From an uncultured delta proteobacterium (GTDB lineage: Bacteria; Desulfobacterota; Binatia; UBA9968): a DNA stretch of 64,000 bases. This document shows, in pieces, positions 23,298 to 33,388 of the stretch. The notes below the pieces were generated by a model, which was given only the letters and a program-made list of their open reading frames with translations, did not search any database and had not been told where the DNA came from. The DNA is taken from NCBI GenBank assembly GCA_963745035.1, contig CAVUVW010000012.1, positions 15,501 to 79,500 of the forward strand. The letters run 5' to 3'. The stretch's first letter is position 1, and every line of letters begins with the position of its first letter. The translations under genes and the position numbers were made by a program.

Positions 23298-23496
23298 GGT
23301 TGCTCCTTCAGAATTCGAAGATTCCCTTCGCGGCGCGCATCCGCCGATCTCATTCCTTTCGATACACTGGGAAGGGATTACAGGAACTTGTGCCGGAAAT
23401 GATACCGCCTCTTCGATTGCAATTTTTGAAATGGTATCGATGCAATCCTCGCGCCTGCTGCCGCGAAAAAGCGCGGGCCGACGTGCAGGCGCTTCG

Positions 23497-23511
23497 TGGC
23501 ATAACGGTTGC
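23497..23511 (+). promoter_or_regulatory. sigma54 promoter
   Basis: TGGCAT-AACGG-TTGC upstream of the CBS gene. Confidence 0.8.
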
Positions 23512-23614
23512 GTTTAACGGTCAACATATCCCGCACCGCGCTCGCGCCTTAGAAATTTGTTTAGCAACTAACGAGCGCTATTTATCTTCTTTTATTTTTA
23601 TAAGGAGCCCAAGT

Positions 23615-24046
23615 ATGGAATTGAGAGAGGTCATGACCCGCGACGTCGAAGTCGTCGCCAGCGACGCGCCGCTCAGGGACGCAGCTTCAAAAATGAAACA
23701 GCTGGACATCGGCATGATTCCGGTTTGCGACGGCGACCGCCTGCGCGGCATGCTGAGCGATCGCGACATCACGGTGCGCGCGACCGCCGAGGGGAAAGAT
23801 CCGACCAAGACCAAAGTCTCGGAGATCATGTCCACGGAAATCGTCTATTGTCTGGAAGATCAAGAGGTCGAAGAAGCGGTGAGCTTGATGGAAGCGCGAC
23901 AGATTCGCCGTCTGCCGGTATTGAATCAGGACAAGCGCCTCGTGGGTATCGTGAGCCTCGGGGACATTGCAGTCCACGTCGGCGACCGCGAGCTCGCGGG
24001 CGAAACGCTTCAGGAAATTTCCACGCCGTCCGAGCCCAAGCGCTGA
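23615..24046 (+). CDS. CBS domain pair protein
   Basis: AAGGAG RBS; EVMTRDV, GMLSDRDI, IRRLPV, LVGIVSLGDI. Confidence 0.93.
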   Translation: MELREVMTRDVEVVASDAPLRDAASKMKQLDIGMIPVCDGDRLRGMLSDRDITVRATAEGKDPTKTKVSEIMSTEIVYCLEDQEVEEAVSLMEARQIRRLPVLNQDKRLVGIVSLGDIAVHVGDRELAGETLQEISTPSEPKR

Positions 24047-24245
24047 CTGGCGTGGGGTGCACCGCGATTCGCGTGGGCGCGAGCGCACTAGGTCGCCCTT
24101 CACTCTCCGCGTAACCATAGAAAAATCAGTTTAGAATCGTCTGGGCCGAGCACGTCGCCAAACCAACTATGGACCGTCTGATCATCCTCCGCCGGCCAAA
24201 CGCAAGGACGGGAATCGTCGTTGGCGGCGATCGCCGGGGAGTTCC

Positions 24246-25532
24246 ATGAAGAATCGATCTCGATCGATACTTGCGCGCCTCGCAGGGCCCGCGCTCTTCG
24301 GAGGCGCGGCCGCGGCTACTGCCGTGCTGGTCGCGCGCGCCAGACGGCGCATCGATTTCGCTGGCAAGATTGTGGTGATTTCCGGCGCGTCGCGCGGTTT
24401 GGGCCTGGAGCTGGCGCGCGCCTTCGGCGCGGAGGGCGCAAACCTCGTCCTGCTGGCGCGTGACGAGCGCAACCTGGCGCAATCGGCGGACGAGCTACGC
24501 CGGCGCGGCGTCCGCGTGACCACGGTCGTCTGCGACGTTAGCGAGCACCGCCAAGTGCGCGATGCCGTGGCCTCGATCATCGCCGACGCTGGCCGGATCG
24601 ACGTGCTGGTCAACAACGCCGGGACAATCCAAGTTGGACCGGTCGAGAACATGGGTGTTGACGATTATGAAAGCGCCCTCCGCGTTCATTTCTGGGGTCC
24701 GCTCTATCTGATGCGCGAAATCACGCCGCATATGAAAGCTCGCGGCCAGGGCCGGATCGTCAACATTGCCTCCATCGGCGGCAAGGTCGCGGTGCCGCAT
24801 CTGCTGCCCTACGCGGCGAGCAAGTTCGCCTTAGTCGGCCTTTCCGAAGGCATGCGCGCGGAGCTGCTGAAAGACGGTATTTACGTCACCACGGTGTGTC
24901 CGGGACTGATGCGCACCGGCTCTCATTTTAACGCTTACTTCAAAGGGCAGCATAAAAAGGAATATGCACTATTCGCCATCGCCAACGCTTCGCCGCTGCT
25001 TTCCACCGCCGCCGACGCGGCGGCGCGGCGCATCATCGAAGCCTGCCGCTACGGCCGGGCCGAGATCGTGATCACTCCCCAGGCCCGCCTGCTGAGCTTG
25101 GCGAACGGCTTGTTCCCGAACCTCATGGCTGAAACTCTGGCGCTGGTCAATCAAGCGTTGCCCAAAACCCGCGGCCCGTCCGGCGACACGCTGCGGCGCG
25201 GCATGGAAAGCCGTTCACCGATTGCCCATTCCGCGCTCACCCGTCTGGCGGACCGCGCCGCTGAACGCAACAATGAGCTTGCTCCGGCGGACGGAAACGC
25301 AGTCGAGAACGACAACCGCCGATCGACCGAGGAGGCCGCGCCCTCGGGGACGCTGTGCGCATGCACCCATCCGACGCATTTTCTTGGGCGATGCCGCACC
25401 GAAGTTTCGCGGCCGGAGCACATTTGCGCGCGCCTGCATGGAGAATCATTTTCACCGGAGCGACGATCCGGCGATCTGAACCGCGAGCGTGAGCACGCTT
25501 TTGATGCAAACAAGTCGCAGCGCAAAGGCTAA
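24246..25532 (+). CDS. SDR family oxidoreductase with C-terminal extension
   Basis: ISGASRGLG, NNAG, NIAS, YAASK; 3' end uncertain (possible frameshift near 25430). Confidence 0.9.
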   Translation: MKNRSRSILARLAGPALFGGAAAATAVLVARARRRIDFAGKIVVISGASRGLGLELARAFGAEGANLVLLARDERNLAQSADELRRRGVRVTTVVCDVSEHRQVRDAVASIIADAGRIDVLVNNAGTIQVGPVENMGVDDYESALRVHFWGPLYLMREITPHMKARGQGRIVNIASIGGKVAVPHLLPYAASKFALVGLSEGMRAELLKDGIYVTTVCPGLMRTGSHFNAYFKGQHKKEYALFAIANASPLLSTAADAAARRIIEACRYGRAEIVITPQARLLSLANGLFPNLMAETLALVNQALPKTRGPSGDTLRRGMESRSPIAHSALTRLADRAAERNNELAPADGNAVENDNRRSTEEAAPSGTLCACTHPTHFLGRCRTEVSRPEHICARLHGESFSPERRSGDLNREREHAFDANKSQRKG

Positions 25533-25569
25533 CGAAGCCAGCATTGTATCAAGTGAAAGGGGAAAGAGT

Positions 25570-26001
25570 ATGAACGCGTTGGAGCTATTGAAGCAAGATC
25601 ATCAGCGCATCTCGGATCTGTTCGCCGACGCCAGAACCTACACCGACATGAGACGCCTTTTCGACAGCATCAAAAGCGAGCTCGAGACCCACGCCCATAT
25701 GGAAGAGTCGATCTTCTATCCGGAGTATCAGCGGCAGGAGATCTTGAAAGATCTTGTGGAGGACGCCAAGACTCAGCATGGCTTGATCAAAGAATTGCTA
25801 CGCGATCTGGAAAGCCAGGATGGGCCCGAATTCGAGAATACCTTTCAGACCCTGATGGCCGAGGTTCAACTGCATTTCACAGCGGAGGAGAACGAGATTT
25901 TCCCTCACGTGCGGAGCTTGGTCGACGGCCCCGATTTGGGCGAGCTCGGTGAAGAACTGGAAACCGATAAGCTCGAATATCAACTGGTGCACGGGTCCTG
26001 A
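25570..26001 (+). CDS. Hemerythrin/HHE domain protein
   Basis: LLKQDH, HAHMEESIFYP, QH, HFTAEENEIFP. Confidence 0.9.
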   Translation: MNALELLKQDHQRISDLFADARTYTDMRRLFDSIKSELETHAHMEESIFYPEYQRQEILKDLVEDAKTQHGLIKELLRDLESQDGPEFENTFQTLMAEVQLHFTAEENEIFPHVRSLVDGPDLGELGEELETDKLEYQLVHGS

Positions 26002-26011
26002 CCATTCGGCA

Positions 26012-26156
26012 TTAGCAGGCGCGCGAGAACCGTGATCGTGTTCGTGAAAACGTGACCGAGGAAACCGCACGAGCACGAACACGCTACACGAACACGAATT
26101 CGGAGCGAGGCGATCGAGCGCAACGAGCAGGTGGGCCTTTTTCAACAGCCTGTTAG
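26012..26156. repeat. MITE-like element with internal CACGA(A) repeats
   Basis: Imperfect terminal IR TTAGCAGGC / GCCTGTTAG; internal CGTG.. and CACGA.. units facing each other. Confidence 0.45.
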
Positions 26157-26165
26157 AGGTGATCC

Positions 26166-26669
26166 ATGGCGAAACCGAAGAGAGACTCAAAACCGCAGCG
26201 GCAAAAAAAACACCCGGAAAATCGCCGGGAGCAAGGGCTTCGTTCCGCCGCAGATATAAAGGAGCTCACCGAGCGCCTCGCTGACTTTAGCGCCGACGAA
26301 TTGGCCCAAATCCCCATCATCGCCGTCGACCAGCGGCTGCGCCAGGGCGCTGTCTATCTCGACCTGCGCGACCCCGCGGCCGAGCCGATTACGGCAACCG
26401 GCGACATGACGGCGACCAAAGATAATCTTTACGCCGCAAAAGCGGAGATGCCGCGCGAATATTGGAATCGCCTGGTCGACGCGCGCCGCGCTTCGAGCCA
26501 ATCCGGGCAAGAAACCGACGGTGAGATTTCTGACGAGACCGTCGATCAAACACTGGAAGACTCATTTCCGACAAGCGATCCTCCCGCCTGGACCACCGGC
26601 CGCGAGCGGCCAGATCCGGACGCGCCGCAAGCGCCGCGCGAAAAGAGAGCGGCGCCAAGGAAAAAATAG
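26166..26669 (+). CDS. Hypothetical protein with C-terminal DSFPxSDPP motif
   Basis: GAGGTGAT RBS; VDQTLEDSFPTSDPPAW. Confidence 0.75.
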   Translation: MAKPKRDSKPQRQKKHPENRREQGLRSAADIKELTERLADFSADELAQIPIIAVDQRLRQGAVYLDLRDPAAEPITATGDMTATKDNLYAAKAEMPREYWNRLVDARRASSQSGQETDGEISDETVDQTLEDSFPTSDPPAWTTGRERPDPDAPQAPREKRAAPRKK

Positions 26670-26700
26670 CGAGCAACTCGCCGCCCGCCTTGCCGACGTT

Positions 26701-28119
26701 TCACGCCATTTCTCGCAACGCCTTGCGCGCGGCGAAGTAGCCACACATGCCGTGCACGCCGCCGCCCGGCGGCGTCGCCGCCGAGCACAGGTAAAGTCCC
26801 GGCGCCGGAGTCGCATACAGACGGCGGGTCGGGCGAAAAAACAATTGTCCGAGGAGCGGCGCGCCGCCGTTGATATCGCCGCCCACGAGATTGGCGTTGC
26901 GCCGCTCCAGCTCGGCTGGCGGAGAAACGGCGCGGGCGAGAATCGTATCGCGAAACCCGGGAGCAAAGCGGTCGATTTGGCTTTCGATGCGCTCCGTCAT
27001 ATCGAACCTCGAGCCGTTCGGCACATGGCAGTAGGCCCACAGCGTGTGCTTTCCCGCCGGCGCCCGCGATGCGTCGAACAGCGACGGCTGGACCAGTAAT
27101 ACGAACGGTTTATCGGAATGAAAACCGCGCCATGCCAAGCGCTCCGAGCGGGCGATCTCGTCGAGACTTCCCCCCAGATGCACAGTGGCGGCGCGTCGGC
27201 ACTCGCCCGCGCGCCACGGAACGGGGCCGGATAGCGCCCAATCGAGCTTAAAGGCGCCCATGCCGTAGCGATACTTCTTGAGCATGTCGCGGAAGCGCGA
27301 TGGTAATTGCGCGCGGGCGATTTTTAGTAGCTGGCGCGGCGTCACGTCGCAGAGGATGACCCGCGCGCGCGGCAGCTCGGCGAGCGCGCGCACCGGATGA
27401 TGGAGAAAGACCTCGCCGCCCAGAGAGCGAAAATAGGAAGCGAGCGCATCGGCGAGTTTTTGCGCCCCGCCCCGCGCGATCGGCCAACCGAGCGCATGCG
27501 CGGTGGCGCCGAGAACCAGGCCGAACGCGGCCGACGCCCACTCCTCCAGCGGCAGCATCGAGTGCGCCGCCAGACCGGCAAAAAGACATTGTGCCCGAGG
27601 GTTCCCGAAACGCTGTTCGGCGAAGCGCCGTGCCGGCTGGAGCGCCGACCATCCGAAGCGCGCCAGCGCCAGCGGATCTTTCGGCCAGTGCGGCGGCCCC
27701 AGCAGTGTTTCCGAGAGGCTGTCCCATTGCGCCACGAGTGCTCCGAAGAGCGCGCGATAGCGCGCCCCGTCCATGCCCAGGCTCGAAGCGGTCGTCTCTA
27801 CCGAGCGTTCTACCAGCAGCGCCGAGCCGTCGTCGAACGGATGAGCCAGAGCTGCCGGCGGCTCGATCCATTCCAAGCCATGCCGCGCCAGCGGCAACGA
27901 GCGGAAAAAAGGCGAGCCGATGGCAAGCGGATAGACCGCGGAACAAAGGTCGTGCACAAACCCGGGCAGCGTGATTTCCGCCGAGCGTGCGCCGCCGCCG
28001 ATGGTTTCGTTGGCTTCGAAAAGAGCGACCGACTTTCCCGCTTGCGCCATGACGATCGCGGCGGCAAGCCCGTTGGGTCCCGCGCCGACAACCACGGCAT
28101 CGTATTCCCGATTCAACAC
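26701..28119 (-). CDS. Phytoene desaturase-like FAD-dependent oxidoreductase
   Basis: GAGPNGL, GGGARS, NANLVGGDINGG, TPPGGGVHGMCG. Confidence 0.92.
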   Translation of the reverse strand: MLNREYDAVVVGAGPNGLAAAIVMAQAGKSVALFEANETIGGGARSAEITLPGFVHDLCSAVYPLAIGSPFFRSLPLARHGLEWIEPPAALAHPFDDGSALLVERSVETTASSLGMDGARYRALFGALVAQWDSLSETLLGPPHWPKDPLALARFGWSALQPARRFAEQRFGNPRAQCLFAGLAAHSMLPLEEWASAAFGLVLGATAHALGWPIARGGAQKLADALASYFRSLGGEVFLHHPVRALAELPRARVILCDVTPRQLLKIARAQLPSRFRDMLKKYRYGMGAFKLDWALSGPVPWRAGECRRAATVHLGGSLDEIARSERLAWRGFHSDKPFVLLVQPSLFDASRAPAGKHTLWAYCHVPNGSRFDMTERIESQIDRFAPGFRDTILARAVSPPAELERRNANLVGGDINGGAPLLGQLFFRPTRRLYATPAPGLYLCSAATPPGGGVHGMCGYFAARKALREMA

Positions 28120-28152
28120 TCCACACCGGCAAACAACTCTTCCACGGCTAGC

Positions 28153-28167
28153 GCAACAGTTATACCA
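28153..28167 (-). promoter_or_regulatory. sigma54 promoter
   Basis: TGGTAT-AACTG-TTGC, about 34 nt upstream of the 28119 start. Confidence 0.78.
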
Positions 28168-28561
28168 CTACCAGGTTGCTAGACAGAGCTCTTCGACCAC
28201 CTCTGATACCCGCTGCTTGGAGTTCTCCGTTCCTCGGCCCAAACCCTCGTCTGCTTATGGCGAGCTACGTCGAACCGTTCGAAACATTAAGATGTCTCTC
28301 CGCAAGCAGGCTCGAATGAGATCCGCAGTGATTCAAGTTCTATTTCGCTCCTTCCTAAGCTTTATCGAGCGTGCCGAGAATTTTTCAGCAACCTGCTGGA
28401 AATGTCATGCTCCGGCCATTCGGTGCGGAAAGTTACGGCGAGCCAACGTGTCAGCGCTTTGCCTCTCGCCGTCTGCCAACTGTACGGAATCATCCTTCGC
28501 ATTCACTCGATCGTGCTGCCGCGTGAAGGCGAAACCATGTGCTTTTATCCAGCGCCGCCCC

Positions 28562-28576
28562 TGGCACATTCTTTGG
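28562..28576 (+). promoter_or_regulatory. sigma54 promoter (variant -12)
   Basis: TGGCAC-ATTCT-TTGG upstream of 28612. Confidence 0.6.
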
Positions 28577-28611
28577 TAGATCTTCAGAGCAAGTAGAAGG
28601 AGGCTGCGATC

Positions 28612-29283
28612 ATGAAGTTGGCAAATCGAGCTTTTTCGTGGGCGCTGGCGATCAGTACGCTGACGCTCGCCGCGTGTGCTCCCATGGATCAGGTGGTGCG
28701 GCCTACGCTGGACCAAGTTCGTTCCGGCAACGCGCGCGGGCAGGCAGTCGAAGACACGCGGCTGCTCCAGGGAGAAATTGCTGGAGAGATCGATCGCATC
28801 GATCGCGGCCGGCGCGAAATCCATGTCGTCGCCGACGACCGCCGTCCTCAGATCCTCGCCTATGAAATCAATCGAACCCGCGTGGTTTACCATGGCTGGG
28901 ACTATTCGGTGGATAATCTCGAGGCCGGCGATCGCATCGCCTTCCGCGCCGCGCCGCGAGACCACGCCTACGTCGAAACCATCCGGGTCCTCGAACCGGT
29001 GCAAGCGCGCTCAGGACCTTCCCTCGCGCGCTCGAGTTCCCCTCGTTCCCGACCCGACGTTGTCGAAGGAATCGTGGAGCGAGTGGATCACGGTCTCGGC
29101 ACTTTCGAAATCATGCCGCGGGGCGGCAGAATGGTAACCGTCTCGGTGCCGTACAATGCCCGGCCGGCGGATGTCGATAGCTTTCGCGGCTTGCGCCGCG
29201 GCGATCAGGTGCGCGTCGAGGGCGAGTTCGTCAATCCGGACAACTTGCAGCTCCTGTCTTTTATCTCGCCGCGCAATCGCTAG
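28612..29283 (+). CDS. Lipoprotein with two OB-fold-like repeats
   Basis: Lipobox LAAC; repeats GEIDRID..LEAGDRI and GIVERVD..LRRGDQVRVEG. Confidence 0.75.
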   Translation: MKLANRAFSWALAISTLTLAACAPMDQVVRPTLDQVRSGNARGQAVEDTRLLQGEIAGEIDRIDRGRREIHVVADDRRPQILAYEINRTRVVYHGWDYSVDNLEAGDRIAFRAAPRDHAYVETIRVLEPVQARSGPSLARSSSPRSRPDVVEGIVERVDHGLGTFEIMPRGGRMVTVSVPYNARPADVDSFRGLRRGDQVRVEGEFVNPDNLQLLSFISPRNR

Positions 29284-29504
29284 GCGCGGCGAGATAAGCG
29301 GCTACTCCCCGCGCACAATGAAACCGGAATCCAGGCGACGGGAATTTCGCTTCGCTATCCACGAGAAACATTAACCCCTAGCCGTCAAAGCGGCGGAATA
29401 ATTTTCATTGCAGCGGAACTTGCGCGGAGTGCCGAGCTATGTGCCGTGAGTGATCAGGCTTTCGGTGCTTCGCGGTATCTGCAGTAAGAGAGTGAAGATA
29501 CCCC

Positions 29505-30641
29505 ATGAAACAGACGAGCCTGGTTGTAGCGCTCGCAGTCTTTTCTCTGCTCGGGTGCGACGTCAAGGAAACGCCCAAGGAATCTTCGCCTCCGCCGCCC
29601 GCGCCCGCAAAAACGGCGGACCGAGACGGGCGCTCGCCGGCGGTGGCTTCCTATGCCGATGCGGTGGAGCGCGTCGGCGCCGGCGTGGTCACCATTCGCG
29701 CCGCGCGGCGCACCCGCGCGCCGCGCCAGCACCCGTTTTTCAACAATCCGGCGTTGCGCGATTTTTTCGGCGGCGCGCAATCGCGCGGGCCGTCGGTGCA
29801 GATGGGCTTGGGTTCCGGCGTGGTCGTAAAAACCGACGGTACGATCCTCACCAACCATCACGTGGTCGACGGCGCGGAAGCGATCAAAGTCGAGCTTCAA
29901 AACAATCGCGCCTACGACGCCAAGGTGATCGGCTCGGATCCGCCGAGCGACCTCGCGGTGCTGAAAATCGACGCCAAGGAATTATCGGCTCTGAATCTCG
30001 CCGATTCCGACCGGGTGCGAGTCGGCGACGTCGTCCTCGCGATCGGCAATCCGCTCGGCATCGGCCAAACTGTCACGGCCGGCATCATCAGCGCTAAAGG
30101 CCGATCGACCGGCCTCAGCGACGGCAGCTTCGAAGATTTTTTGCAGACTGACGCACCCATCAACCAGGGCAATTCGGGCGGCGCGCTGGTCAACACCGAA
30201 GGCGAGCTGGTGGGCATCAATTCACAAATCCTCTCCACCTCCGGCGGCAGCATCGGCATCGGCTTTGCCGTGCCCTCGAATATGGCGCGCACAGTCTTGG
30301 ACCAACTGATCGCGACCGGCAAGGTGCGCCGCGGCCAGTTGGGAGTAGCGATTCAGCCCGTGACGCCGGAGCAGGCGGCCGACTTGGGTCTCAAAGAACC
30401 CAAGGGCGTAGTCATTGCTTCGCTGGCGCCGCAAGGCCCGGCGGCGCGCGCCGGTCTGCGCCCGGGCGACGTGATCGTCGGATTTCAAGGAGAAGCGGTG
30501 ACCGATGGCAACACGTTGCGCAATCGCATTGCGAGCACGCCGCCGGGCACGGCGGTAAAACTCACAATCCTGCGCGACCGCCAGGAGCGGCAGATCGACG
30601 TCACCTTGGGTGAATACGAGCCTCAGAAGCGCGCCGGTTAG
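29505..30641 (+). CDS. HtrA/DegP-like serine protease, one PDZ domain, lipoprotein
   Basis: LLGC lipobox; TNHHV, SDLAV, GNSGG catalytic triad. Confidence 0.93.
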   Translation: MKQTSLVVALAVFSLLGCDVKETPKESSPPPPAPAKTADRDGRSPAVASYADAVERVGAGVVTIRAARRTRAPRQHPFFNNPALRDFFGGAQSRGPSVQMGLGSGVVVKTDGTILTNHHVVDGAEAIKVELQNNRAYDAKVIGSDPPSDLAVLKIDAKELSALNLADSDRVRVGDVVLAIGNPLGIGQTVTAGIISAKGRSTGLSDGSFEDFLQTDAPINQGNSGGALVNTEGELVGINSQILSTSGGSIGIGFAVPSNMARTVLDQLIATGKVRRGQLGVAIQPVTPEQAADLGLKEPKGVVIASLAPQGPAARAGLRPGDVIVGFQGEAVTDGNTLRNRIASTPPGTAVKLTILRDRQERQIDVTLGEYEPQKRAG

Positions 30642-30706
30642 TGCGCAGTCGTAGAAGCGACGAGGGATGTCAAAACCATCCAGAGAAGAGACTTAACCCG
30701 CAGCGC

Positions 30707-31423
30707 TTAAAGATACTTGCGCCCTTCCACTGGGTCGGGAACGATCAAGCCCATCTTCTGAATCAGTGGATCCACTTCTTTCTTGAACTCCCAGCGCGCT
30801 TGCGTGTTGCTGCGCCGTTTAAGGCCCCAGTGAACGTAGCGGTTGGAGCGCTCGGAATCGGATCGACCGAACATGTCCAGCGCCTGAATGTACCAAAAGT
30901 CGACGCTCCGCTGGATGCGCTCGCGCTGCTCGTCGCCTTGGTCAGCCCACTCGGCGGTTTGATTGGTGCCGAAACCGATGTGCGCCATTTCCTCTTTGAG
31001 GATCTCCGGCAGCACTCGTTGGAGCGGCAAATAGCTGCAATCAAGAAACTCCTCGAGTTGGAAGCGCCCAACCCGGTCGATCAAAAAGCCGAACACGGCG
31101 AAATCCTCCCATGTCTCGATCACTCCCCGGAAAGCTTCGAGATAGCGTTTCTGATTCGGAATACTCAGCAAGAACGAAGTATCGACTCCGAGATCTCCGG
31201 CAATGCGGGCAAATTTTCTATAGTGGTCCATTTCTTCCGCCGCCGTGCGCGCCACCACGAGCTGGTTCACTTTGCCCGGAGCGCCGGGCAGCATATCTTT
31301 CACGTAGAGATGTGGGCCGCCAATTTCGCAATCCGCTTGAATGGTGAGAACGCGGCCCAAGAGATCGCGGTATTCAGCGGGCAACTTCGCTAAATCCTTG
31401 TGCTCGACTTTGTCTTCAAACAT
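30707..31423 (-). CDS. PaaA/PaaC-like ferritin-fold diiron protein
   Basis: QADCE, EEMDH, EEMAH, ALDMFG. Confidence 0.85.
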   Translation of the reverse strand: MFEDKVEHKDLAKLPAEYRDLLGRVLTIQADCEIGGPHLYVKDMLPGAPGKVNQLVVARTAAEEMDHYRKFARIAGDLGVDTSFLLSIPNQKRYLEAFRGVIETWEDFAVFGFLIDRVGRFQLEEFLDCSYLPLQRVLPEILKEEMAHIGFGTNQTAEWADQGDEQRERIQRSVDFWYIQALDMFGRSDSERSNRYVHWGLKRRSNTQARWEFKKEVDPLIQKMGLIVPDPVEGRKYL

Positions 31424-31719
31424 GTTTGTTTTCTCCTTCAGAGAGATATTGCACGGCGGGGTGCAACCGCTTGTGCAAGCGGCTGGGTGACCGATTCGAA
31501 GTGCCTGCTACTAGTATTTGTGACAGCAAGCGCCGGGCCATGCCAACGCGGTCACGTCAAGCGTGATCTCGCGAAGCGATCAACTGTCACGCTCGCGCGA
31601 CAGTAGCCGTCGAACAGTGCTGGATCTGCGACACCTTGCGAATTGGATCTGCCATGACTGGCGCCGCTTAGCGTGTTGATGAATTACTTCCGGGCCGCTG
31701 GCAAAAGCTGTCGCTCTGC

Positions 31720-31734
31720 TGGCACATGCTTTGC
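31720..31734 (+). promoter_or_regulatory. sigma54 promoter
   Basis: TGGCAC-ATGCT-TTGC, exact consensus, upstream of 31857. Confidence 0.8.
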
Positions 31735-31856
31735 GGATATCATGATTGTTCCCAGCACCTATTGCGGCATGATGGCATATTTTATTTAATGCCCGGCGTG
31801 CGAACGTAGCGGGCTTTAATTTCAGTACTAAATCACAGACATTGAAGGAGGAATAT

Positions 31857-32147
31857 ATGGCGAAACGGAAGAGATTTACGCTGGAATTCAAGCGCGAAGC
31901 GGTGCGGACGATGGCAAGCTCCGACAAGTCGCCGGCCGATATCGCTCGGCAATTGGGTATTCATCGAAACCAGCTTTATAAATGGAAGGAGCAATTCGGG
32001 AACGGCGCAAGCCAAGTCGGCGGAGCCAAAGGACGCAACGGCACCGACGAGATCTCACGGCTGCGGCGTGAACTCGAGCTGGTCAAGGAGGAGCGCGATG
32101 TTTTGAAAAAGGCGATGGTATATTTTGCCCGGGAAGTTCACTCCTAA
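31857..32147 (+). CDS. IS3-family OrfA-like HTH protein, no OrfB
   Basis: RFTLEFKREAV, IARQLGI..QLYKW, LRRELELVKEERDVLKKA; AAGGAGG RBS. Confidence 0.88.
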   Translation: MAKRKRFTLEFKREAVRTMASSDKSPADIARQLGIHRNQLYKWKEQFGNGASQVGGAKGRNGTDEISRLRRELELVKEERDVLKKAMVYFAREVHS

Positions 32148-32174
32148 ATTGCACTGGTGACACGCGGAGAAGTC

Positions 32175-32591
32175 ATGCGCCGAAGCCAATCTTGGCTGCT
32201 CGTCGCGCTGGTGGCGCTGACGGTTCCGATCAGCGCCACCGCGGCTCGAGCGCAAACGGTTTTGGATTCAGCGGAAGCCGCCAGGACCGTAGCCATCGAG
32301 AGCTTGCATGCCACCTCTTCCGCTGTGAGCGGCGTGGTGGCCAATCGCTCGCCGCACATCGTCCGTGACGTCGAGATCCTCGTGCAGTATCACTGGCTCT
32401 GGGAGAACGAATTCAAGCCGGGGCAAGACTCGCCGGGCCAAATAGCGCTCGTGCGCATACCAGACGAGCTCAAGCCGGGCCAGTCGGCTCGGTTTCATCA
32501 TACGCTCACGCCGGCCACCCGCCGCGAAGACGGGCGATTCGTACCCGAGGTGACGGTCGCCGCCTTCACGGTGGTGGTTCCGGCGCGATAG
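32175..32591 (+). CDS. Secreted hypothetical protein (beta-sandwich-like)
   Basis: Signal peptide ending ARA-Q; VSGVVANRS, LKPGQS. Confidence 0.7.
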   Translation: MRRSQSWLLVALVALTVPISATAARAQTVLDSAEAARTVAIESLHATSSAVSGVVANRSPHIVRDVEILVQYHWLWENEFKPGQDSPGQIALVRIPDELKPGQSARFHHTLTPATRREDGRFVPEVTVAAFTVVVPAR

Positions 32592-32605
32592 AGCGTATTT
32601 GCCGC

Positions 32606-33226
32606 TTACGCAACCGCGCGTACCGCGGCGGCGGTACTGAGCCGGCGTTGCACCGCGTCCCAATCGATGTTGGCGAAAAACGCTTCGATGTATTTCCCCC
32701 GCTCGGCCGGTTTATAGTCGAGCAAGAACGCGTGCTCCCACACGTCCATCACCAGGATGGGCTTGAAACCCGACGGCACGCCGTCCTGGTGCAGCGCGAT
32801 CCAGTGATTGGAGAGCTGCTCGGTCACCGGGTCCTGATAGAGAATCGCCCAGCCGACGCCGCGCATTTCACCGACGGCGGAAAACGCTTTCTGCCAGTTC
32901 TCGAAGCTCTCGAAACATTTCTCGATGACGCGCTTGAGATCCCGCGACGGGCTGCCGTTTCCCTTCGGCGCCAGGTTCTCGAAGTAGTATTCGTGCAGCA
33001 CCATGCCGCCAAACTCGAAGCCCAAGCGCCGGGTGAGCTCGGCATACGCCGGATCTTGCCCCGACGGCTGCTTTTTGTGGGTGATCGCCCCGATTTGCTC
33101 CAACAGTAAGTTGACGTTCTTGACATAGCCTTCGTAGAGGCCGAAGTGCATTTTTAACGTCTCATCAGAAATGCCTTTCAAGCCACTGAGGTTAAATTTT
33201 TTGGCTTTATAGCTCCCTTGCGCCAT
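32606..33226 (-). CDS. Fe/Mn superoxide dismutase family
   Basis: MHFGLY, LHEYYF, GVGW, DVWEHA metal ligands. Confidence 0.92.
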   Translation of the reverse strand: MAQGSYKAKKFNLSGLKGISDETLKMHFGLYEGYVKNVNLLLEQIGAITHKKQPSGQDPAYAELTRRLGFEFGGMVLHEYYFENLAPKGNGSPSRDLKRVIEKCFESFENWQKAFSAVGEMRGVGWAILYQDPVTEQLSNHWIALHQDGVPSGFKPILVMDVWEHAFLLDYKPAERGKYIEAFFANIDWDAVQRRLSTAAAVRAVA

Positions 33227-33264
33227 TGTGAGTCTCCCTTCGTTTTTTGCTAAGCCAATACTGT

Positions 33265-33279
33265 GCAATCTCAATACCA
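33265..33279 (-). promoter_or_regulatory. sigma54 promoter of the Fe/Mn SOD
   Basis: TGGTAT-TGAGA-TTGC. Confidence 0.78.
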
Positions 33280-33388
33280 GGCAGGTACGCCTAGAATTTG
33301 GCGCGCCGAAATCATGCCATTGGTAGAGGACAGATTAGAACAGATTAGAACTGTCTCCCGCTTGCGTTCGGAGTCGTCTTAAAGCTCC

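Noticed and set aside
28191-28276. Degenerate TTCGAC/GTCGAA REP-like pair
   Set aside because: Too diverged to call without genome-wide copies.
31857-32147. Active IS3 element
   Set aside because: No OrfB/DDE domain, terminal IRs or target duplication.
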